NCBI RefSeq assembly: GCF_006345805.1
Contig: NC_043026.1
Location: 8,990,001-9,054,000 of the forward strand
Reading direction: 5' to 3'
Source: Octopus sinensis
Lineage: Eukaryota
DNA length: 64,000 nucleotides
The notes below the pieces were generated by a model, which worked only from the letters and a program-made list of their open reading frames with translations, was not told the origin of the DNA and ran no database searches. Both the position numbers and the translations under genes were made by a program. Shown in pieces: positions 54,823 to 64,000 of this stretch (position 1 is the stretch's first letter; every line of letters starts with the position of its first letter).

Positions 54823-54859
<37 letters not shown>

Positions 54860-54862
<3 letters not shown>

Positions 54863-56671
54863 ATAAAACGGTAAGATAACAAAAGAAAGAAAGAGACCTC
54901 AATATTATGTAAATAGAGGAAATTTATCTATACAATATGTTACATTACTCGGTAGTCAAGATAAAACTCTGAGTTTCAGATGCCGAAGTGGAAATCCACA
55001 ACACCATCTCTTCGGTTATCTGGCTATTTGAAAACGTTATGAAAAAATACCGTTAAAAATGAAGGGAAATTACTCTGTTATAACTCTGCTTTGCTTGCGT
55101 ACTTATACATCGCTCGCATTTTTCGTCATAAAAATTATATAAAAATACATAAAAATATATAAAAATATATAAATTCTTCTTGGGACATAACACAGAAAGC
55201 ATGTTCTATCCGTTTTCTTTAGGGGACCAAAAACGTAACAGAAATTTAGTCACATGTGGGCATGATCCGAAAAGCTCTGTCCTTGTATTTAGACATGTGG
55301 TAGGGTCTAAGCTGCTTTTCCAGATAAGCCATCTCTCCATGTCGCATAAACCGCACCTTCCGCTGCCGTTAGTATAGGGCTTACATCTGGCCAAAATCTT
55401 CCATTGTATGTTATAATCGACACCTTTATCTCTTAAAGACCAAATATGATTGGATAATTGTGTCGCTTTTCTTTTGTTCCAGTGCCTAAAGCTCAAAGTG
55501 TGGTTATTGAACCTGGCTTTGAAATTACCCTCTGTAAGGCCCACGTATTTCTTCGTCGAAACGGTGTCTTTAGTGGTTATAGAGTTTACGGTAGCTTCAT
55601 ATATGATGGTCTTGGACATACAAGCTCCATTTAGCGGGCACAATTCTTTATTCCTGTATGAACAGCTGTTTTCTTCTTGTGGTTTTTGTATGTTATGATT
55701 GATTATGTTTTTAAAATTGGTAGTTGAACTAAAACTAATTTTTAAATTGTGTCTATTGAAGAGTTTCCTATAAGCATGGTTAACTGGAAAATGTCTATCT
55801 ATCAGTGCTAAGAAATATTTACCTATATTGAAGGCCACCTCGGGTGAGTAAGGGGGCGTAAACCAGATGACCTTCCTATTTCTATTATTCCTTTTCCTTA
55901 CTGTTGGGCTAGTGATAGGTGTATATTTTATTTTTTCGCTAAAACCACTATCTTTTAAAGCTTTATTATAAATTGGGGCAACGCTATTGAAGATGTCCTC
56001 ATTAGATGAGAGGCTAGAAATCCTCTTACTAATATTTTTAACTAAATTTTTGAATACTATAGGGGGATGGCATGAACCTACATTAATATAACTTAGTCTA
56101 TCATTGGGCTTCCTATAAGGCTTATAAATATTATTATTAAGATCTAAGGAAACGTCTAAGAAATTGACAACCGTCAGGTTAGTGTCTATAGTTATACTAA
56201 GTCCAAAGTGGAAGATTTTGGCCAGATGTAAGCCCTATACTAACGGCAGCGGAAGGTGCGGTTTATGCGACATAGAGAGATGGCTTATCTGGAAAAGCAG
56301 CTTAGACCCTACCACATGTCTAAATACAAGGACAGAGCTTTTCGGATCATGCCCACATGTGACTAAATTTCTGTTACGTTTTTGGTCCCCTAAAGAAAAC
56401 GGATAGAACATGCTTTCTGTGTTATGTCCCAAGAAGAATTTATATATTTTTATATATTTTTTTATATAATTTTTATGACGAAAAATGCGAGCGATGTATA
56501 AGTACGCAAGCAAAGCAGAGTTATAACAGAGTAATTTCCCTTCATTTTTAACGGTATTTTTTCATAACGTTTTCAAATAGCCAGATAACCGAAGAGATGG
56601 TGTTGTGGATTTCCACTTCGGCATCTGAAACTCAGAGTTTTATCTTGACTACCGAGTAATGTAACATATTG

Positions 56672-56675
<4 letters not shown>
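54860..56675 (-). mobile_element. Penelope-like element (Naiad-like), 5'-truncated, with a 5' inverted copy
   Basis: Minus strand: RT C-terminus VNFLDVSLDL..YKPYRKPN..SCHPP and GIY-YIG ORF 55206-55838 (CPLNGACM..IYEATV..YVGLTEGNFKARFNNH..CGLC). Inverted arms 54929-55403 and 56209-56675. Flanked by (TA)n. Confidence 0.88.
56583..56645 (+). ncRNA. Non-canonical type I hammerhead motif in the Penelope-like 3' region (mirror copy 54959-55021, minus strand)
   Basis: Helix I AGATAA/TTATCT, core CCGAAG(A), stem II AGATG...CATCT, GAAA, helix III ACTC-A-GAGT, GUU site. The core is one nucleotide short of canonical. Confidence 0.5.
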
Positions 56676-56705
<30 letters not shown>

Positions 56706-57601
56706 ATATTTCTGTTTTTTTTACGGAATCCCACTTTTTGGTTATGGAGGATCCGATTCTGGAAAAAAGTTTTTTGAAAAATCGCATTTTCAAAATTTCA
56801 TTTACCACCAGCCCCTTCATTTTTCACTTGAAAAAAAAACAAACAAACATATTTTTGCCCTTAAAAACGATGGGAGAAACCTTTTCGGTAACAAAAAAAT
56901 AAAATATTGTAAATATTTTCAAAGGAAAAAGTGTGATTTAAGGGAGATTTGGCTGTTGTTTCTAGCACATCCTAAGACAACCCTCCTCGTTTCACTTTCC
57001 CATCTTTTGAAGTTTTTCTCTTCATAAACACATTTATGATTTTTTTTCAACCCTATTCTTCGCCCCTGGTTGCTTCTGTTTACGATTTAAGATATCGGTG
57101 AGTCTGAGGCCGTTTCTGGCATTTATCCACAGTGAAAACACAAGAAACGTGGGAAAATGATGGAAAGTGTAGAAGGTAGCCTCCATAGCTAGAAATAGCA
57201 GCCAAATGTCGCACGAATCAAAGGACATCTGAGACACGAAGTATTTAGAAATTAAATAGTTTAATACTTACGGAAATGGTTTAAAAAAGGATGGTGTTGT
57301 TGTTAGAAGTGCGTCAGGTAGTTGAGAAATGTATTATAAATGTGTTTGGGAGTGAATTGAGAGAAATTCCGACTTAAATCAAGTTTGTTAAAATGAAGGA
57401 ATGGAGGCGGAAATACGCTTAGTGCGCATGCGTATGAAATACTGGTTTTTCTTCTTTTTTTCTTTTGTTTTTTAAAGATTTTGGTAGAAAACCAGAAATT
57501 TCGGGGAGGGTCAAGTGTCAGTCGATTTCATGGACCCGAGTAGTCAACTGGTATTTATTTTATTGAACCCCAGCAGAAAAATGTGAAAGGCAAAGTTTAA
57601 T

Positions 57602-58320
57602 GGATCTTTTCTGTTTGAACGGCAGTTTTTAACATAATTTCTAGGTAACTAAAAAGTTTTAAACTTCGTATACTGGTAGAATGTGTTACATAAAACATCT
57701 TTTCCTGTTGGCTTCATTGAGAAAATTCTGTAGTTTGTAAGATATTTCGTCTTTAATTTCTTGCATTTCGGCAATTTTAACCAATCACTCACGTCTATTG
57801 AGGTAAAAAAATATTCTGTGCCGTATGAATATGTCCCCCGTTTAAGAAACAGATTGGGGATCTTTTGTTTGAACGGCAGTTTTTAACATAATTTCTAGGT
57901 AACTAAAAAGTTTTAAACTTCGTATACTGGTAGAATGTGTTACATAAAACATCTTTTCCTGTTGGCTTCATTGAGAAAATTCTGTAGTTTGTAAGATATT
58001 TCGTCTTTAATTTCTTGCATTTCGGCAATTTTAACCAATCACTCACGTCTATTGAGGTAAAAAAATATTCTGTGCCGTATGAATATGTCCCCCGTTTAAG
58101 AAACAGATTGGGGATCTTTTGTTTGAACGGCAGTTTTTAACATAATTTCTAGGTAACTAAAAACTTTTAAACTTCGTATACTGGTAGAATGTGTTACATA
58201 AAACATCTTTTCCTCTTGGCTTCATTGAGAAAATTCTAGAGTTTGTAACATGTTTGTAAGATATTCTCTTCAACGGCCGTTTTTTCTACAGATAGAGAAA
58301 ATAGGGGTTCTACGAAATTG
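57602..58320 (+). repeat. ~254-bp tandem repeat (2 full units + partial) of the MITE left arm
   Basis: GGATCTTTT..GTTTGAACGGCAG starts at 57602, 57858 and 58112. Confidence 0.85.
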
Positions 58321-58356
58321 TCATATCTGCCCCCAATATGAAGAGTATCAGTACCA

Positions 58357-58725
58357 GTGCTCAATACCAAGAAGCCTGAATCCAGTTGCAACCCAGTATC
58401 CTGTCCACTTGACCAAAGATGTATGACTAAATCTATCGTATATAAGACAGACGTTACTGCAACCCTAAATAATAATACAACTAATAAGAAGGCCTCTGTT
58501 GGATTACGTGGAGGAGAATTTAAAAATCGCTCTTCCAATCACATAGGGACAAAAATAAAGTTGACGAACTTCATATGGACCCTGAAAGATAACGAAACAT
58601 TGCATGTGATTAAATGGAAAGTAATCGAGAAATCCCTACCTTATGTGAAGGGATTGCATAATTGTAGACATTGTTCAGCTGAAAGGGCACCGATTCTTAT
58701 TTCTTTATTGCCCACAAGGAGCTAA
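58357..58725 (+). pseudogene. Degenerate Penelope-like GIY-YIG endonuclease remnant (second family)
   Basis: CPLDQRCMTKSIVYKTDV..SVGLRGGEFKNR..NH..FIWTLKD..IKWKVI..PY..CRHC aligns by eye to the ORF at 55206-55838. Confidence 0.7.
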
Positions 58726-59469
58726 ACATAGAGGGGACAAACAAGGACAGACAAAGGGATTAAGTTGATTACATCGACCCCCAGTGTATAACTGGTACTT
58801 AATTTATCCACCCCGAAAGGATGAAAGGCAAAGTTGACCTTGGCGGAATTTGAACTCAGAACGTAACGGCAGACAAAGTACCGCTAAGCATTTTGCCCGG
58901 CGTGCTAACGTTTCTGCCAGCTCGCCGCCTTAAAGGGCACAGATTCTGTTAAGCTCTACGATCTGTACCCCTCTATTGAACTCCAGGTCAGAAATTTTCA
59001 GTGATCGCAAGCATATGTATAAATATATTTTGAAGAATTGGAAAATTCTGCCTATTCCTGACTCACTTGACATTTTCCCATCCTTATCGTTTAAGGAGGA
59101 TAGCTCTTTTACCTTTTTACATTTTGGTTTCTGTTTTTCAATTTCCATTGTTTACTGCCTGCATTTTCTGTATGCTCCCTCCACAGATTTTCCCGTTTCT
59201 TCTCTTATTCAATTCCTTTAGTTTGTTATGATACATGGTTTATGCCTGAAGAATATGTTTCAGTTTTCTAAAGCATATGGAGCTGTTAGTAGCGCTTCAA
59301 TACATGTATTGTGACCTTTAAATATTAAATATATATCTACATTGATACAGAGAGAAAGAGATAACTCTAGGTTCAGTCCCACTGTATTCCACCTTAGGCA
59401 AGTATTTTCTTGTGAATGCATTTGAAGGTAGCCAATATACATTTGTGTGTGTGTGTGTGTGTGTGTCTG

Positions 59470-59528
<59 letters not shown>

Positions 59529-59529
<1 letters not shown>

Positions 59530-60318
59530 CTAGCAGTATCGCTCGGCGTTGCTCGAGTTTCTAAGGGAAATAACTATATAAGCAGTTTTAGAGAGTTACT
59601 TCCCTTATATAATAGCAAAAAAAATGCGTTAAAAATGGGAAAGAATGATGGTAAATTTTTTTTTAATCGTAGACTCATCGTAGACGCGCGCTAATACCCA
59701 GAAGGGCTCGATATGAATCACGACTATAAGCTACCCGCTTTTGGTTACACTGCACCGCAAAATGTGGGAGTAGTTAGGAATCTAAATCATAGGAGACAGA
59801 CACACAACTTCACTTTTATATATAAAGACTAGCAGTATCGCCCGGCGTTGCTCGGGTTTGTAAGGGAAATAACTATATAAGCATTTTTAGAGAGTTACTT
59901 CCCTTATAAATTCGGGCTTTCTTAGCCATTTTTGTTTTGGTGTCTTCAAGCCATGAAGTCGTTGTTCTAAAAGAACGCTGGTTTCCTTCACAACGCATTA
60001 CGACGTTGATTTCTTTACACTCCCTTCCCCACAGCTTCACGAGGGAGGGAAGGGGGAGAAGCAAACAGGTGCAGCTGTGAGCGTGGACGCCAACTCCGCC
60101 GCCATCGACACACGATGCATTTTATGCATTAAAATGGAATAAAAAATGATGTTAAATTATTTTTAAAATCGTAGACTCATCGTTGACGCGCGCTAATAGT
60201 CAGACGGGCTCGATATGAATCACGACTATAAGATACCCGAATTTGGTTAAACTGCACCGCAAAATGTGGAAGGAGTTAGGAATCTAAATCGAAGGGGACA
60301 GACACTCACACAACTACA

Positions 60319-60325
<7 letters not shown>
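59529..60325 (+). mobile_element. Two head-to-tail Helitron-like elements
   Basis: ACTAGCAGTATCGC.CGGCGTTGCTCG starts at 59529 and 59828. The first copy's end TATATAAAG abuts the second start. Confidence 0.55.
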
Positions 60326-60358
<33 letters not shown>

Positions 60359-60495
60359 AAGAGCAATAAAGATTCAAGTTAATTTAAAAATTTACTTGAA
60401 TATGGTACCTAACTTAGATGCACCAAAAAAAACTATACTGATTTAACAATACAGTAATGTGGGGTGATTATAAGCGAGAAAGAAGCAACAAGAAT

Positions 60496-60554
<59 letters not shown>

Positions 60555-61261
60555 TAAATAATGTGTGTTTCTTCCCCCATCAACACTTGCTGTGTGTTAA
60601 TGTCCTTGTAACTTAGTGGTTTGGCAAAAGAGACTGATAGAATAAGTACTAGGCTCAAAAAATAAGTCCTGGGTTGATTTAATTGCCTGAAAAAGTAAAG
60701 AATATATATGCATGTGTGTGTATATATATATATATATGTATGGTGGCTTCACACAAGATTTTCTGATGTAAATTTTAATAAATTAAAAAGTTCTGTTGTT
60801 CAGTTAAATGTTTATTTCTAGAATTTATCTTCATGGAAATGTTGAATCTGTATTTTTTTAAGTAGCCTCTATATCTTACACTGTTGTTTCTTTATTATTT
60901 CAGAATATCAGATGACATTGGCATAACTGTAGATACATTCTCATTATTTATCACCTTTTTAAAGACCAAAATGGAAATATTGTACAGAACAGATATATAA
61001 GATTGTTTCTATAAATCTGTGGCGGAATTCCTCTGATATATTTACTCTGAAATGCGTTATTAGCAAACCTTCTGGACATCACTGGATGGAGTGTCTACAA
61101 GATGAGTCTGGTTGCAAATTAAACTTGGATTATTTTACTAACGAGTTTGGGGTTAAAGGTAACACTTGATTGAAATACAGCAGTCGAAATACTTGCAAAC
61201 AAAAGACTACAGAAGGAAAAAGAAGAAAACATATATTTAACGGGATTTTCGAAGAAAAATT

Positions 61262-62517
<1,256 letters not shown>

Positions 62518-63414
62518 TATTTGTGATAAATTATTCTGTATAACTGGTGACTTAAGCCTTTACCATGCAGATTATCCTGTCAAATGTGACGCTTATTTCT
62601 TTACAACATTGTCAGTTTATTACATATTATCTCAAAGCTTTCAAATTTTGTCAATGTGGTTCTCTTTCTCCTTTCTCCTTTCCTTGTTTCAGTCATTTGA
62701 CTGTGGCCATGCTGGAGCACCACCTTTAATCGAGCAACTCGACCCTGGGACTTATTCTTTTGTAAGCCCAGTACTTATTCTATCGGTGTCTTTTGCCGAA
62801 CTGCTAAGTGACGGGGACATAAGCACACCAGCATCGGTTGTCAAGCAATGCTAGGGGGACAAACACAGACACATAAACACAGACATACATATATACATAT
62901 ATATGATGGACTTCTTTCAGTTTCCGTCTACCAAATCCACTCACAAGGCATTGGTCGGCCCGAGGCTATAGTAGAAGGCACTTGCCCAAGGTTCCACGCA
63001 GTGGGACTGAACCCAGAACCATATGGCTGGTAAGCAAGCTACTTACCACACAGCCACTCCTGGTTGTTCATTTTCAGAATGACATTGTAGGGTAGGTGTG
63101 AGAGGCTGAATCTGGCTAGATTGAACATAAAATAGGTAGAATATTTGGGCCAGATATGGCTAGTAACACTAGAAGTACCAATATTTCTTACAAGGACCAT
63201 AGGGGGCCATTTTTGACCCCCTTTGAAAATCGTTATTCAATCCAGTTTATTTTAAATTGGCTGTGTGGTAAGTAGCTTGCTTACGAACCACATGGTTCCG
63301 GGTTCAGTCCCACTGCATGGCACCTTGGGCAGGTGTCTTCTACTGTAGCCTCGGGCCAACCAAAGCCTTGTGCGTGGATTTGGAAGATGGAGACTGAAAG
63401 AAGCCTATTACCGG

Positions 63415-63653
63415 AGTAAGCACATAAATGTGAAACAAGGTGGAAAAAAGAGTACTCAAATACCAGGGGTAGAGTAATATGCTTTATTTAAAAGCAGCAG
63501 AAATATAACAAAAGCTGTTACTCGGAGTTTCACGTTCCCGTTCGTCGGATAGTTTTGTTAAATAGGTTCTATTTTAACAAACCTGTCCGATGAATGGGAA
63601 CGTGAAACTCCGAGTAACAGCTTTTGTTATATTTCCACTGCTTTTAAATAAAG
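63415..63653. mobile_element. Minimal Penelope-like inverted dimer: 172-nt palindrome with a hammerhead on each strand
   Basis: Arms span 63482-63653. Plus-strand hammerhead at 63583-63620, minus-strand hammerhead at 63552-63515. Confidence 0.7.
63583..63620 (+). ncRNA. Minimal type I hammerhead ribozyme motif (U4C variant)
   Basis: CTGT-CCGATGA-ATGGGAACGT-GAAA-CTC-C-GAG-TA-ACAG: all three helices pair, with a GUA cleavage triplet. Confidence 0.7.
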
Positions 63654-64000
63654 TATATATATATATATATATATAAAGGGAAAGTTTACGAAAATAAACA
63701 AAAGACGAAGACAGGTGGTGTACAAAACAAACAGATGTATTAGTATAACGCTCAGGAATTGAAAAAGTCTTTTACATTTCGAGCCTACGCTCCTCTACAG
63801 AAAGATACACAGAAAAAAACAAGGAGAGAAAAAAATGTGTATAGTAGCTAACACACACATATAATATATACACTGGTAGAGACACCTGGTGTTGCCCGGG
63901 AATGATATTGCTTGTCATATATTGTAAGAAATAAGCAAAATATGTTGTATAGAAATTTATTCTAAATTCAATTTATTTTTTCAATTGGGAAATCAATTCT

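Overview
AT-rich animal genomic DNA, almost certainly from an octopus (inferred from the SINE complement and the KRAB-less TGEKP C2H2 array). The window is a C2H2 zinc-finger gene cluster with nine single-exon multi-finger loci: six intact ORFs, two with a single -1 frameshift, and one truncated pseudogene. It is built from a tandemly amplified ~11-14 kb unit holding a divergent gene pair (type A on -, type B on +) around a shared CpG-containing control region. The units are densely invaded by mobile DNA: several tRNA-derived SINE families, two different Tx1/L1-like LINEs, a Mag-like Gypsy element lacking RT/RNaseH, a solo LTR, Penelope-like (GIY-YIG) elements with hammerhead ribozyme motifs, Helitron-like elements and MITEs. 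Most notable observations: (1) two divergent Tx1-like LINE families inserted within ~10 nt of each other in the tRNA-like head of one SINE family, with an empty paralogous site in the window; (2) repeated 5'-to-5' inverted Penelope-like dimers at (TA)n tracts, including a 172-nt palindrome with a hammerhead on each strand and a recurrent CCGANGA core; (3) ZnF paralog divergence concentrated on DNA-contacting residues, finger shuffling and a promoter-swapped hybrid gene. All alignments, counts and folds were done by eye, so boundaries may be off by a few bases.
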